From: an uncultured Alphaproteobacteria bacterium
GTDB taxonomy: Bacteria > Pseudomonadota > Alphaproteobacteria > UBA11222
Length of the DNA: 40,561 nt
Direction of reading: 5' to 3'
Assembly (NCBI GenBank): GCA_964348545.1
Contig: CAYGDL010000002.1
Location: 1 to 40,561 of the forward strand
Below the pieces are notes generated by a model. That model was not told where the DNA came from. It saw only the letters and a program-made list of their open reading frames with translations, and did no database searches. Below, in pieces: positions 9,521 to 19,770 of this stretch (position 1 is the first letter of the stretch; each line of letters begins with the position of its first letter). The position numbers and the translations under genes are program-made.

Positions 9521-9607
9521 GCGGTCGTGGCGGAATTGGTAGACGCGCAGCGTTGAGGTCGCTGTGGGGTAAAACCCGTGGAAGTTCGAGTCTTCTCGAC
9601 CGCACCA
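9521..9607 (+). tRNA. tRNA-Leu (anticodon GAG), type II with long variable arm, CCA encoded
   Basis: Folded by hand. Acceptor GCGGTCG/CGACCGC; D-arm GCG-GAATTGGTAGA-CGC; anticodon stem CAGCG/CGCTG with loop TTGAGGT; long variable arm GGGGTAAAACCC; T-arm with TTCGAGT; discriminator A plus CCA. Confidence 0.93.
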
Positions 9608-9750
9608 CGCTTCACCCTTGCGGGCTTCGCGTGGCGCAGCCACACGGAGGACGTTGGCCCGAAGCAATATCGGCAGAGCTTGCAGCGCGAAGGCGGATTG
9701 CTACCGGCTTTGCCAGGCACAAAATAAATAATTTTTTCAGGGAGTGGCGG

Positions 9751-11160
9751 GTGCAGGACACGGCCTCCACAGAAATGCGGACGGAGAGCGATGCGCCGGG
9801 CGCCGCCGGCGGTGACGCATTCCCGGCGCTCAATTCCGCATTCATCCAATCTGTCCTTGAAGCGGTTAAAAGGGCGGATAAAGACACCGTTCTTGAACTT
9901 GTTCAACCCCTGCACGCAGCCGATATGGGCGATCTTCTTGGTGGGCTGCACGGTAAACAGCGCCGCAAATTACTCGATCTGTTAGGCCCGCAGCTTGACC
10001 CCGAGGTGCTGCCGGAACTGGATGAACGGTTGCGGGACCGGGTTGTTGCGGCCATGTCCAGCGAGGCGCTGGCGGCGGCGGTCGCGGCGCTTGAGACGGA
10101 TGATTCGGTCTATCTGCTGGAAAATCTGAGTGAGGCGCGCAAAACCGAGGTGCTTAACCTTTTGCCGCGCCTTGAGCGGGCGCCGGTCGAAAAGGGCCTG
10201 AGCTATCCCGAGGATACGGCGGGGCGCCTGATGCGGTCGGAACTGGTCGCCGTCCCCCGTTACTGGACGGTCGGCCACACCATTGACTATATGCGTTCGG
10301 TCGCGGATCTGCCCGACGATTTCTATGAGATATTCATCGTCGATCCGTCCTTTCACATCGTCGGCACTGTATCCCTTAGCCGCGTCGCGCGAACACGCCG
10401 CCATGTTCCGATGAGCGAGATCATGGAAAGCGAGCAAACCCTGATCCCGGTTTTGATGGATCAGGAAGAAGTCGCCTATCTGTTTAATCAATATGGCCTG
10501 ATATCCGCTGCGGTTGTCGATGAAGATGAACGGCTGGTTGGGGTCATTACCGTCGATGACGTGGTAGATGTGATCGATGAAGAGGCCAAAGAAGACATCT
10601 TGCGCCTGGGCGGCGTGGGAGAGACGGATCCTACAGATTCTGTGCTGCTCACGACGCGGCGTCGTTTTCCCTGGCTGCTGGTCAATCTGCTGACGGCGAT
10701 TCTGGCGTCGCTGGTGATTGCCCAGTTCGAGGCCGCCATTGAGGAAATTGTCGCCCTTGCGGTGCTGATGCCAATTGTCGCCAGCATGGGGGGAAATGCC
10801 GGAACCCAGACCCTGACCGTGGCCGTGCGCGCCATCGCGACCAGGGAAATGAACACCACAAACGCCGTACGCATTGTGCTGCGCGAGGTTTTTGTGGCCG
10901 GCTATAACGGCGTTCTGTTCGCCATTATCATGGGCGCCATTGGGGGCTTCTGGTTCAACAGCATGGCGATCGGCCTGGTGCTGGCAGCCGCCATGCTGAT
11001 CAATCTGCTGGCGGCCGGAACTGCGGGTGTGCTGGCTCCGCTGGCGCTTGAGCGGCTGAAGATTGATCCGGCCATGGCGTCGGGGGTAATGGTCACCACG
11101 GTAACCGATGTGGTAGGCTTTCTTGCATTTCTGGGACTGGCAACGCTTTTGTTGCTGTAA
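9751..11160 (+). CDS. mgtE: Magnesium transporter MgtE
   Basis: The track ORF (from 9475) reads through the tRNA gene, so the start must be later. GTG 9751 sits 6 nt after GGAG; ATG 9775 is an alternative. The protein has the MgtE N-domain, a CBS pair ([21 protein letters not shown]) and a TM domain with [13 protein letters not shown]. Confidence 0.9.
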   Translation: MQDTASTEMRTESDAPGAAGGDAFPALNSAFIQSVLEAVKRADKDTVLELVQPLHAADMGDLLGGLHGKQRRKLLDLLGPQLDPEVLPELDERLRDRVVAAMSSEALAAAVAALETDDSVYLLENLSEARKTEVLNLLPRLERAPVEKGLSYPEDTAGRLMRSELVAVPRYWTVGHTIDYMRSVADLPDDFYEIFIVDPSFHIVGTVSLSRVARTRRHVPMSEIMESEQTLIPVLMDQEEVAYLFNQYGLISAAVVDEDERLVGVITVDDVVDVIDEEAKEDILRLGGVGETDPTDSVLLTTRRRFPWLLVNLLTAILASLVIAQFEAAIEEIVALAVLMPIVASMGGNAGTQTLTVAVRAIATREMNTTNAVRIVLREVFVAGYNGVLFAIIMGAIGGFWFNSMAIGLVLAAAMLINLLAAGTAGVLAPLALERLKIDPAMASGVMVTTVTDVVGFLAFLGLATLLLL

Positions 11161-11186
11161 TCTTTTCGCTGCGCACACTGGATGAC

Positions 11187-12362
11187 ATGATGACACTGAA
11201 TCGCTTGCCGCCGTTCGATTTCGACCTTGGCGAAACCGCCAATATGCTGCGCGATAGTGTCTCGGCTTTCACGGCTGACGCCATCGCGCCGCGCGCGGCG
11301 GAAATTGACCGCAGCAACGAATTTCCCCGCGATCTGTGGCCGCGCCTTGGCGAGCTTGGGCTGCTGGGAATTACGGTTGAAGAGGAATATGGCGGCGCCG
11401 GCATGGGCTATTTGCACCATGTCGTCGCAATGGAGGAAATTAGCCGGGGGTCCGCCAGCGTCGGACTGTCCTATGGCGCCCATTCCAATCTATGCGTGAA
11501 TCAGATCCGCCGCGTCGCCAGCGAAGCCCAGAAACGCAAATATCTGCCCGGCCTGATCAGTGGTGAACATGTTGGCTCGCTGGCCATGAGCGAACCTGAA
11601 GCCGGTTCGGATGTGGTGTCCATGAAGCTGCGCGCTGAAAAGCGCGGCGACCGGTATATCCTGAATGGCAATAAGTTCTGGATCACCAATGCGCCGGATG
11701 CCGATGTGCTGGTCGTATACGCCAAGACCGATCCCAGGGCGGGACCACGCGGCATCACCGCTTTTATCATCGAGCGGGGCTTCAAGGGATTTTCGACCGG
11801 ACCCAAGCTTGACAAGCTCGGCATGCGTGGCTCCGGCACCTGCGAATTGATTTTCCAGGACTGCGAAGTGCCCGAAGAAAATGTCATGGGCGGCGAAGGC
11901 AAGGGCGTGAACATCCTGATGAGCGGCCTTGATTATGAACGCGCCGTTCTTTCGTCGGGATCGCTTGGGATTATGCAGGCCTGCATGGACGTGGCGATTC
12001 CCTATATCCATGAACGCAAGCAGTTTGGCCAGCCGATAGGCACGTTCCAGCTCATGCAGGGCAAGCTTGCCGATATGTACACCACAATGAATGCAACGCG
12101 CGCCTATGTGTATGCGGTTGCAAAAGCATGTGATCGTGGCGGCCCAACCCGCAAGGACGCGGCGGGCGCAATTTTGTACGCGGCGGAGAAAGCCACCTGG
12201 ATGGCGCTGGAGGCTATCCAGATTTTGGGCGGAAACGGATATATCAACGATTATCCCACCGGGCGTCTGTTGCGAGACGCCAAGCTGTATGAGATAGGCG
12301 CCGGCACAAGTGAAATACGCCGCTGGCTGATTGGCCGCGAACTGTTTGACGAAACCGCCTAG
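11187..12362 (+). CDS. ivd: Isovaleryl-CoA dehydrogenase (acyl-CoA dehydrogenase family)
   Basis: 391 aa. The strings [42 protein letters not shown] and [16 protein letters not shown], plus the C-terminal [12 protein letters not shown], match the IVD/LiuA type as I recall it. Confidence 0.88.
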   Translation: MMTLNRLPPFDFDLGETANMLRDSVSAFTADAIAPRAAEIDRSNEFPRDLWPRLGELGLLGITVEEEYGGAGMGYLHHVVAMEEISRGSASVGLSYGAHSNLCVNQIRRVASEAQKRKYLPGLISGEHVGSLAMSEPEAGSDVVSMKLRAEKRGDRYILNGNKFWITNAPDADVLVVYAKTDPRAGPRGITAFIIERGFKGFSTGPKLDKLGMRGSGTCELIFQDCEVPEENVMGGEGKGVNILMSGLDYERAVLSSGSLGIMQACMDVAIPYIHERKQFGQPIGTFQLMQGKLADMYTTMNATRAYVYAVAKACDRGGPTRKDAAGAILYAAEKATWMALEAIQILGGNGYINDYPTGRLLRDAKLYEIGAGTSEIRRWLIGRELFDETA

Positions 12363-12379
12363 CCGACTGGAATTCCGAC

Positions 12380-13720
12380 ATGCAATTATCAGGACACAGA
12401 TTATGGTATGCCATGTGCCTGATTGGTATTGTATGGATTCTTGGTTTTTACAGTGAACTGACAGTGGCGCAGACGGTTGATGCCGAACGCGCCGAGCGAA
12501 TCCGCGAGCAAATGGGCGCAACCGGAAGAAAGATGGTAAACGAAGCAGACCTTGTAACGCTTCGTCAGGATCTCAACAAAGCGATAACCGCTATTGTGTC
12601 GCGCATTAACACACTTGAAAAAGACATGGTGGAGATGAAATCCCGGATACGGGTTCTGGAAACCAGAACGGCGCCCGCAGGCGCGATGCTTTCAGACCCC
12701 GTCTCGCCCGCTTCAACTTCCGCTGCGCAAAAGACTGGTGCGGTAAAAATGAATGTGTCCATGTGCGCAAGCGGGTGTGATGCAGAGAAATTTGCTTATG
12801 CCGTGGCCATGCTGAACGATGGCGGCACCCTCACGGTCAAGCCTGGGGTGTATTTTGACTGCATTATAATTAAGAAATCAATGAAGCTGATTGGAGAAAT
12901 TGCCCCGGATGGAAGTCGCGCACATCTTAAAAAAATAGCCTGTAGTGGAAAAAGCGCTATTGATCTGCAAGCGCCGAATGTCGAAATACACGGTTTGCAA
13001 ATCAGCGAAATTACGGTTCCTGATGAAAATGGCGCCTGCATACGGATCGGGCCGACAACCAAAACGCTTCTGATACGGGATATTATCTGCCTTGACAGTG
13101 AGAATGGCCTGTTAGGCGCGCCCAACAATGAAGATGGAATCCTCACCATCGAGGATTCCACCTTTTCCGGCCATGGCAAAAACGGTCAGGCGCATGGCCT
13201 TTATATCAACGGAGGAAGTCAGGCCATCTTGCGTAACGTGACAATCCTTTCGTCTGATAACGGCCATCTGCTGAAAACAGGCGCCAAGTCTATGCTCGTT
13301 GAAAACAGCGTGATCGCGGCACTAGGTGGCAATAGTGGCGCCGCCGTAAATGCATATGCTGGCGGCAAGCTTACAATCCGAAACAGTGTGCTTCAACTCA
13401 GCACGAATACGCAAAACCATAATTTTATATATTATGCGAACGAGCCAGGACGCATTGTCCCAGGGGGCGCGCATGAGATATTAATCGAAAAAAACTGGAT
13501 AATTTTTGACGACCCCGCGCGCTGCTGCCGGTGGCTGTTCGGCAACGGGACAAATATACTCGATACGGTAATCATACAAGACAACAAATTTGTTGGCAGC
13601 ATTACATCAAACTATGAATCGGTCAATATGGCCGATAATAAGGCATTTGCTGACCGCGCAGAGGCGGGTCTGCAAGAATATGACGGCATGCTTGCTTCCT
13701 TGCCAAAGCCGGGAAGCTGA
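12380..13720 (+). CDS. Hypothetical membrane-anchored coiled-coil protein with a right-handed parallel beta-helix domain
   Basis: 446-aa ORF. N-terminal hydrophobic anchor (CLIGIVWILGFY) and a heptad-like segment (res ~45-95). Successive PbH1-like rungs follow (LLIRDIICLDSENG, ILTIEDSTFSGHG, AILRNVTILSSDNG, SMLVENSVIAALGG, KLTIRNSVLQLS, VIIQDNKFVGS). By eye it is more AT-rich than its neighbours. No specific family recognised. Confidence 0.6.
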   Translation: MQLSGHRLWYAMCLIGIVWILGFYSELTVAQTVDAERAERIREQMGATGRKMVNEADLVTLRQDLNKAITAIVSRINTLEKDMVEMKSRIRVLETRTAPAGAMLSDPVSPASTSAAQKTGAVKMNVSMCASGCDAEKFAYAVAMLNDGGTLTVKPGVYFDCIIIKKSMKLIGEIAPDGSRAHLKKIACSGKSAIDLQAPNVEIHGLQISEITVPDENGACIRIGPTTKTLLIRDIICLDSENGLLGAPNNEDGILTIEDSTFSGHGKNGQAHGLYINGGSQAILRNVTILSSDNGHLLKTGAKSMLVENSVIAALGGNSGAAVNAYAGGKLTIRNSVLQLSTNTQNHNFIYYANEPGRIVPGGAHEILIEKNWIIFDDPARCCRWLFGNGTNILDTVIIQDNKFVGSITSNYESVNMADNKAFADRAEAGLQEYDGMLASLPKPGS

Positions 13721-13744
13721 TAGCAGGCATATGCGTTCAACCGT

Positions 13745-14959
13745 TCAGATGCTGGACGCCTGCTCAATTGTGGCGATCTGTCTGGATTTTTCGAATGCCT
13801 GTCGGGATTCTGTGCGCAGGTTGCCATCAAACAGATAATCCAGAACGGTCATGGCCAGTGTTTTCGCGCCGTCAATAGCCGTCTGGTCGCCACTTTCACT
13901 GCCCGCATATCTGGCGAATTCCGGATTGTGAATGGATATATGCGGCGGCGCGCAGGCCAGCATCGGGTGAATGGACGGCGCCAGATGACTGACATTGCCC
14001 ATGTCGGTGCTGCCCGCCGCGCTGGCTGGCAGCTTTTCAAGCGCCAGGAATTCGCGGCCCAGACTTTCCGCGTTGGCCTGAAAACGATCCGCAATCGGCC
14101 AGTTGGTATTCAGATCAAGATAATCCACATCGCCCCATTCTACCTTTAACGTGGCGCCGGTGGCGCGCGCGCCGGCCTCGAAACACGCCAGCACGCGCGG
14201 TTTCAGCGCATTCAGGTCTTTCATATTCTTTGCCCGCACACAGAAATTGCCGCTGGCGAATTCCGGCACGATATTCGGCGCATCGCCGCCTTTGGTGATA
14301 ATGCCGTGAATGCGTTCCGTCTGGCGGATATGCTGGCGCAGCATGGCGATGGCGTTATAGGCGGTGATCAACGCATCCAGCGCATTGACGCCACGTTCTG
14401 GCATGGCGGAAGCGTGCGACGAGACCCCGTGATACGAAACTGTCACCATGGAAATAGCGATGCAGCGCATGGTGGCCAGATTGACGCCGGCGGGATGGAT
14501 CATCATCGCTGCGTCAACGCCCGCGAACGCCCCTTGACGCGCCATCAGTTCCTTGCCGCCGCCGCCCTCCTCGGCCGGCGTGCCGAGCAGCCGCACCTTG
14601 CCCGGAAGCTTCGCGGCAATCCCATGCAGCGCCAGCGCGGCGCCCAGCGCGGATGTTGCAATCAGATTATGCCCGCAAGCATGGCCGATGCCGGGCAGCG
14701 CGTCATATTCCGCCAGCAGCGCCACATGCGGGCCGCTGTCCGCGCCAAACTCAGCCTCGAACGCCGTCGCAAGTCCATAAGCGCCTGGCGTTACCTTCAG
14801 CCCCGCATCGCGAAGGCTGGCCGTCAGAAGATCATGGGCATAATGTTCCTGAAACGCCAGTTCGGGATGCGCATGAATATCACGCGACACTGCAACAAGC
14901 GCCGCGCGCATCGCATCGATATTGCGGCAAATTTCGTTCTTCAGATCATCAAGCAACAT
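13745..14959 (-). CDS. M20-family metallopeptidase / amidohydrolase (AbgB/PM20D2-like)
   Basis: 404 aa. The string IHAHPELAFQEH...LLAEYDALPGIGHACGHNLIA is typical of this M20 subfamily. Confidence 0.85.
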   Translation of the reverse strand: MLLDDLKNEICRNIDAMRAALVAVSRDIHAHPELAFQEHYAHDLLTASLRDAGLKVTPGAYGLATAFEAEFGADSGPHVALLAEYDALPGIGHACGHNLIATSALGAALALHGIAAKLPGKVRLLGTPAEEGGGGKELMARQGAFAGVDAAMMIHPAGVNLATMRCIAISMVTVSYHGVSSHASAMPERGVNALDALITAYNAIAMLRQHIRQTERIHGIITKGGDAPNIVPEFASGNFCVRAKNMKDLNALKPRVLACFEAGARATGATLKVEWGDVDYLDLNTNWPIADRFQANAESLGREFLALEKLPASAAGSTDMGNVSHLAPSIHPMLACAPPHISIHNPEFARYAGSESGDQTAIDGAKTLAMTVLDYLFDGNLRTESRQAFEKSRQIATIEQASSI

Positions 14960-14976
14960 GGGAAAACTCCTCAGGT

Positions 14977-15765
14977 TTAGCGCGCCGTGAGTGGCGCCAT
15001 GTTCAGATGCATGCCCGCGTCGGTGATTAATGTTTCACCGGTAATATGTTCGGCCCCTTCGGCGCAGAAAAACACCACGGAATCGGCAATATCCTCTGGC
15101 GTTCCTGCGCGTTTCAGGGGCGTGATTTTGCGTTGCATATCAATCATGCCCTGATAACCCTCCGCATCCAGGCGATCCGAAAACCAGCGCGTTCCGATAA
15201 AACCGGGGCATACCGCATTGACCCGAATTTCCGGGGCCAGCGCGCGCGCCAATGACAGGGTCATGGTGTTCAGTGCGCCTTTGGAGGCCGCATAGGCAAT
15301 CGAGCTTCCAATGCCAACCACGGCGGCAATCGACGATACATTCACGATGGCGCCTTTGCCCGCCGCTTTCATCGTGGGCGCGACAGCCCGTGTCATCTGA
15401 TAGGGGCCGATAACATTGAGCCCGTAAATATACTGAAAATCCCCGGCGGACAGCGCGTCCAGATCCCTGTGGTCGGCAAACACAGACGTGCCCGCATTAT
15501 TCACCAGAATATCGATGCGCCCCCATTTATCCAATGTCTCTCTGGCCAGGCGGCGGCAATCCGCATCTTCGCCGATATTGGCTTTTACAACCAAAGTCTC
15601 CACGCCAAGTGCTGCGCATTGCGCGGCAACTTCATGCGCTTCCTTTTCACTTTTGGAATAATTGATCACCACATTGACGCCGCGCGCCGCCAGCTTTACC
15701 GCCACCGCCGCGCCCAATCCCATGGCCGATCCCGTGATGATCGCCACTTTGCCCTTGATATCCAT
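14977..15765 (-). CDS. SDR-family oxidoreductase (3-oxoacyl-ACP reductase-like)
   Basis: The track ORF starts at 15792. I prefer ATG 15765 (MDIKGKVAIITGSAMGLG), which gives the usual distance to the TGxxxGxG motif. Also NNAG, the catalytic YAASKGA (YxxxK) and PGFI. Confidence 0.85.
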   Translation of the reverse strand: MDIKGKVAIITGSAMGLGAAVAVKLAARGVNVVINYSKSEKEAHEVAAQCAALGVETLVVKANIGEDADCRRLARETLDKWGRIDILVNNAGTSVFADHRDLDALSAGDFQYIYGLNVIGPYQMTRAVAPTMKAAGKGAIVNVSSIAAVVGIGSSIAYAASKGALNTMTLSLARALAPEIRVNAVCPGFIGTRWFSDRLDAEGYQGMIDMQRKITPLKRAGTPEDIADSVVFFCAEGAEHITGETLITDAGMHLNMAPLTAR

Positions 15766-15824
15766 CCACCCACCGCCTTTTGGTTGCCGCATCTCAACGC
15801 ATGATGCGACAGGCCGGGAGTAAA

Positions 15825-17099
15825 TTACAAGGCAACGTCGAAATATTGCAGATGCCAGCGCATTTCTTCCGCATCCATCGGATAGTCCGTGCCGTTACGC
15901 GCCAGCACCAGATCAGGCCGTGACACATGACCGACGGTTTTTTGCACTTCAAGCGCGGTGCGCATGGAAAGACCGGCTTTCCAGGCCAGCGCGGTAATCG
16001 CCTTGCCGCTGCGCGCATCCATAATCCGGCGAACCAGCAATTCCGGCACTTTGGATTTCAGCGCCAATGCCTCGATTACGAACTCGCCGCGATTGGCCGA
16101 TGCGGCCGCTGTGATATCCGCATCGTCCAGGCAACCGGCGTCTAATGCCTGTTTTGCACTCACCCCCGGCACCGGCCCCTCTTCGCGGGTGAGCAATTCT
16201 TCTGTGCTAATACGTGCCCGGATGGTCTTTTTCAAAAATTCCGTTGTGTCCTTGTCCAGATCAAGATCATCGCGCGTCAGCAAAATATTCAGCAGCGATG
16301 AGGCCACAAAACCCGCCACGCGGCGCACGGCGCGCAGCGGCAGTTCCGGGCGCATCACGATCGGCTTGTGCCAGCGATGAATATCCTCCGCCTGGTCAAT
16401 GATCGCATCCAGCGTTTCTTCACGTATCTGCGCATTCTTGTTGGCAAGCAGAGACGCCACCGCCGAAACATCCAGCGACGCCACAATGACATCCGACACC
16501 TGTTCACTGACATGCTGGCGCTTGGCAATCGGCGTCATTGCGCCATCGACAATGCCGCTGGCCATGATTTGCAGCAGATCATCATCTGACAGCAAGGGTG
16601 AATATTCCAGAATTGGCGCGCGCACCACATTTTCCAGATCATTGGCCAACCGCAGGGAAATGCGCTTGGGAACATTATCCGCCAGCCTGATTTCCTCGGC
16701 GATGATCTGCCGCACACGGGGCAAATGATCATCGGCCAGTTTTTCAAGAATGGCTTCCATCTGCTCGCGCAATTTTACCTGCGCATCCTGGGGAAGCCCC
16801 GGCACCAGACGGGCAATCTTGCGCGCCAGATCGCAGCGCACTTCATCGTCTGTGTCATCACTCAGAACGATATTCGCCTGTATCGGCGTTTGTAGATTCT
16901 TCGCGACCTTGCGCCGCACATTCGGCGATTCATCGTTCGCCAGATAGTAAAGCATTTCGGGAGGTGAATCGGCGCGCCCCGCAAGTTCCGTGCGTTGCGC
17001 CAACTGGTTTTTTTCCAGCGCCTCGCGCGCCACTTCATAGTCCAGATTTTGCGAAAGCTTGCGGCCAATCGACAAATGACTAAGCAGTTTTTTTAACAT
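15825..17099 (-). CDS. DUF2336 domain-containing protein (HEAT/armadillo-like repeats)
   Basis: 424 aa. Repeated helical units contain DxxxxVR (NDESPNVRRKVA, DTDDEVRCDLA, DDHLPRVRQIIA). The string VVRAPILEYSPLLSDDDLLQI resembles the DUF2336 core as I recall it. It starts 10 nt after the GGDEF gene stop. Confidence 0.65.
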   Translation of the reverse strand: MLKKLLSHLSIGRKLSQNLDYEVAREALEKNQLAQRTELAGRADSPPEMLYYLANDESPNVRRKVAKNLQTPIQANIVLSDDTDDEVRCDLARKIARLVPGLPQDAQVKLREQMEAILEKLADDHLPRVRQIIAEEIRLADNVPKRISLRLANDLENVVRAPILEYSPLLSDDDLLQIMASGIVDGAMTPIAKRQHVSEQVSDVIVASLDVSAVASLLANKNAQIREETLDAIIDQAEDIHRWHKPIVMRPELPLRAVRRVAGFVASSLLNILLTRDDLDLDKDTTEFLKKTIRARISTEELLTREEGPVPGVSAKQALDAGCLDDADITAAASANRGEFVIEALALKSKVPELLVRRIMDARSGKAITALAWKAGLSMRTALEVQKTVGHVSRPDLVLARNGTDYPMDAEEMRWHLQYFDVAL

Positions 17100-17109
17100 A
17101 TCAGCGCCC

Positions 17110-18936
17110 CTATCCGTCGATTTTGGTTTTGGTTATCTGCGCACCCGCCGGGGAAGCGACAATGAGTGCGCCCTTGCCCTGGCGTTTCACCTGATACATG
17201 ACCTCGTCCGCGCGCATGATCAGTTCTGCCAATTGTTCAAAACGCTTCGGGTCTGCAATTGCGATGCCGATGGACAGGCCAAGTGGCGCCATATCGGCAA
17301 GCATGGTAATGCCCGCCAGCCCGTGCAGCGCCTTAGCGTCTTCAATCAGATTTCGGGCCTTGGTTACAGCGCCAATCGCATCTGTTTCTTCCAGCCAGAT
17401 TGCAAATTCGTCGCCACCCAGCCGGGCGCACAAGTCACCGATGCGGCTGTGCCCGTGCAGCAAATTGGCAAATTCTTTCAACACCTGGTCACCCGCCGCA
17501 TGACCAAAACGATCATTGACGGGTTTGAAATTGTCCAGGTCAATGTAAAGCAGCGCGCCGCTGCGCGACACACGATAAAGATGCGCCTGGCGCTGAAACA
17601 GGTCTTCCATGAACGCCCGCCGATTCAGCAACCCGGTCAGTTCATCGGTCCGTGACAATTCCGCCAGCCGCCGCATTTGATTGTCGTGCGCAATCGCCAT
17701 TGCGATATGGGTTGCCACCGATTGCGCCAGCGTTTGCGGCGCGGTTTCCGGTTCAGGATGGACATTTTCAGGGAATTTCAACCAGATGACACCGTTTGCC
17801 GCATCGCCATGCGCCGTGACGGTTAGCGCGTTCCTAAAACCGTTTTCCGTAAATTCGATGGATGTGATTCCGTTTCTGGCGGGAGCCTCATGAACCGCCA
17901 ACTCAATGCGTGTTATCTCGACAGAGCCTGGCTGCGCACTACCGGAGCTGGACGCACCCAGTATACGCATCCGCTTTTTATTATCGACACCGAGAATGCC
18001 GCAATAGGTTGCGCCGGTAGCGTCGGCGAGAATCGCGGCCGCGTTACTGAAAGCAGCGGCCGTATCCAGACTGCGATGGGTTGCATCCACAATGGCCCGC
18101 ATCTGCGCTTCGCGCAGACGCATGAATTCCAGCGCCCGTTGATGCAGTTTCGTCTCTGTGATGTCCGTACTGACCCCACGCGCGCCACACCAATGACTGG
18201 ATTTATCGTAAACAGGCAAAGCGTCAACGCGATAATACCGGCAATCGCCGTTCGCATCCTGCACGGTTATTTCGAAATTTTCGATGGGCTTTCGCGCCAC
18301 AAAAGGATCGATGTCCGAGCCATCCAGCGCCTGGCTGAACATATCCTGGCTGCGACGTCCATTCAGAGCCTGGGCGCTATATCCCAATGCGCCTTTGGGG
18401 CTGACAAATGTGAACGCGCCATTTTCGTCAGTCTGCCAGGAAAAATCCGATGAACAGCGTGACAGGTCACGATACAGTTCGCGTGATTCGATCAGGGCGT
18501 TGCGCATGGCATATTCTGCGCTGCCGTCGCATGCCAGAACCAACACCCTTCGATTATGGGGCGAATGTTGGTCAGCAGGGATATTGGCGGGCGCAAGTGC
18601 GAGCAGGGTTAAATAGTACAGCGCCTGCGCATCGCCGGTCACCGGGTCCGGGGGAAGAAATATTTGCCCCATTGCTGGCCTGCCTGTCGCGGCCACACCT
18701 GCCAACAAGACACGCAAATCCTGCGTCGCGCGCGCATTATTTGTCTGCAATATCCGTGCGGCCTCGCTGTTCGCCGCCAACACCTTTCCGGCGTCGCCAT
18801 ACAAAATCGCGGGGCCTGGAAAAGCGCCAATTCCGGCAAGGGCGTCGAATTCAAGCACCCCGTCCTCAGCTTCGCCGTGGGCGCCACCAGATCGGCGCCA
18901 AAATGCTGCCGATAGAATGGGATATTGTGCGCGCAT
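17110..18936 (-). CDS. Sensor diguanylate cyclase (PAS + GAF-like + GGDEF)
   Basis: 608 aa. The C-terminal GGDEF domain (LYIDLDNFKPVNDRFGHAAGDQVL...RLGGDEFAIWL) has an RxxD I-site (RIGD) five residues before GGDEF. A PAS-like segment (FSWQTDENGAFTFVSP...) and a GAF-like segment lie upstream. Confidence 0.9.
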   Translation of the reverse strand: MRAQYPILSAAFWRRSGGAHGEAEDGVLEFDALAGIGAFPGPAILYGDAGKVLAANSEAARILQTNNARATQDLRVLLAGVAATGRPAMGQIFLPPDPVTGDAQALYYLTLLALAPANIPADQHSPHNRRVLVLACDGSAEYAMRNALIESRELYRDLSRCSSDFSWQTDENGAFTFVSPKGALGYSAQALNGRRSQDMFSQALDGSDIDPFVARKPIENFEITVQDANGDCRYYRVDALPVYDKSSHWCGARGVSTDITETKLHQRALEFMRLREAQMRAIVDATHRSLDTAAAFSNAAAILADATGATYCGILGVDNKKRMRILGASSSGSAQPGSVEITRIELAVHEAPARNGITSIEFTENGFRNALTVTAHGDAANGVIWLKFPENVHPEPETAPQTLAQSVATHIAMAIAHDNQMRRLAELSRTDELTGLLNRRAFMEDLFQRQAHLYRVSRSGALLYIDLDNFKPVNDRFGHAAGDQVLKEFANLLHGHSRIGDLCARLGGDEFAIWLEETDAIGAVTKARNLIEDAKALHGLAGITMLADMAPLGLSIGIAIADPKRFEQLAELIMRADEVMYQVKRQGKGALIVASPAGAQITKTKIDG

Positions 18937-19035
18937 ATGTTCCGCCCGGCCATCAGGTTTAATCGGCTGCGGGAATTACTCTGACATAACCGGGTTAACA
19001 GCTAATTACATGGGCATCGTCATACACTTGACAGC

Positions 19036-19770
19036 ATGCCGACAGAAGGCGATTGTCTCGCCATGCCAATGGAACCCCTGATGAACATCGCACCGCGTCT
19101 TGCCCAGGCTGACGCCTGGCTGTTCGATCTCGACAATACGCTATATCCCGCCCATACCAATCTTTTCGCCCAGATTGATCAGCGCATGGCGGCGTTTATT
19201 ATGCATTATCTTGGCGTTAACCATGATGAAGCCCGCACCCTGCAAAAGGCGTACTGGAACAGCCACGGCACTACGCTGAATGGGCTGATGTCCGAACATC
19301 GCATGGCGCCGGAACCTTTTCTGGAATTTGTGCATGACATAGATGTCACAGGACTGGTTTATGATCCGCGTCTCGACGTGGCGCTTTCCAGGCTTCCTGG
19401 ACGCAAAATGATTTTTACGAACGGCACCGCGCGTCACGCGGAGAATGTACTGGATCGCCTGAGGTTGGCGCATCATTTCGAATGTATTTTTGACATCGCC
19501 GCCACCGGATATGTGCCTAAACCTCACAGTGACGCCTATCGCCATGTGGTCGCCACATCAGGTGTCCATGCCGCTTCCACGGTTATGGTTGACGACAGCG
19601 TCAAGAATCTGGTTCCGGCATTTGAGATGGGCATGGTGACGATCTGGGCGGCAGGCAAGCCTGAATGGAGCGGCCCCGCCCCGGAACCCGACGCCATCCA
19701 TATTCATCATGTCACACAGGATATTGGCGCCTTTCTCGACGATCTGTTTCCAGCGCGCGCTTCCGCATGA
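19036..19770 (+). CDS. Pyrimidine 5'-nucleotidase (HAD superfamily)
   Basis: Motifs WLFDLDNTLYP, FTNG and VDDSVKNL, with a length typical of this family. The true start may be one of the in-frame ATGs at 19063, 19069 or 19081 (MNIAPR...). Confidence 0.82.
   Translation: MPTEGDCLAMPMEPLMNIAPRLAQADAWLFDLDNTLYPAHTNLFAQIDQRMAAFIMHYLGVNHDEARTLQKAYWNSHGTTLNGLMSEHRMAPEPFLEFVHDIDVTGLVYDPRLDVALSRLPGRKMIFTNGTARHAENVLDRLRLAHHFECIFDIAATGYVPKPHSDAYRHVVATSGVHAASTVMVDDSVKNLVPAFEMGMVTIWAAGKPEWSGPAPEPDAIHIHHVTQDIGAFLDDLFPARASA

Noticed and set aside
9475-9750. N-terminal 92 codons of the track ORF for mgtE. Similar 5' extensions occur in the track ORFs at 6394, 23356, 24509, 28268, 37235 (minus strand) and 37390.
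   Set aside because: The mgtE extension reads straight through the tRNA-Leu gene. In every case a downstream start gives the canonical family N-terminus, a better SD, or a start/stop overlap with the upstream gene.
9608-9750. 143-nt leader between tRNA-Leu and mgtE, examined for a Mg2+-sensing (M-box-like) riboswitch.
   Set aside because: I could not recognise M-box conserved elements or a convincing multi-helix structure by eye. A covariance-model scan would be needed, so I make no claim.
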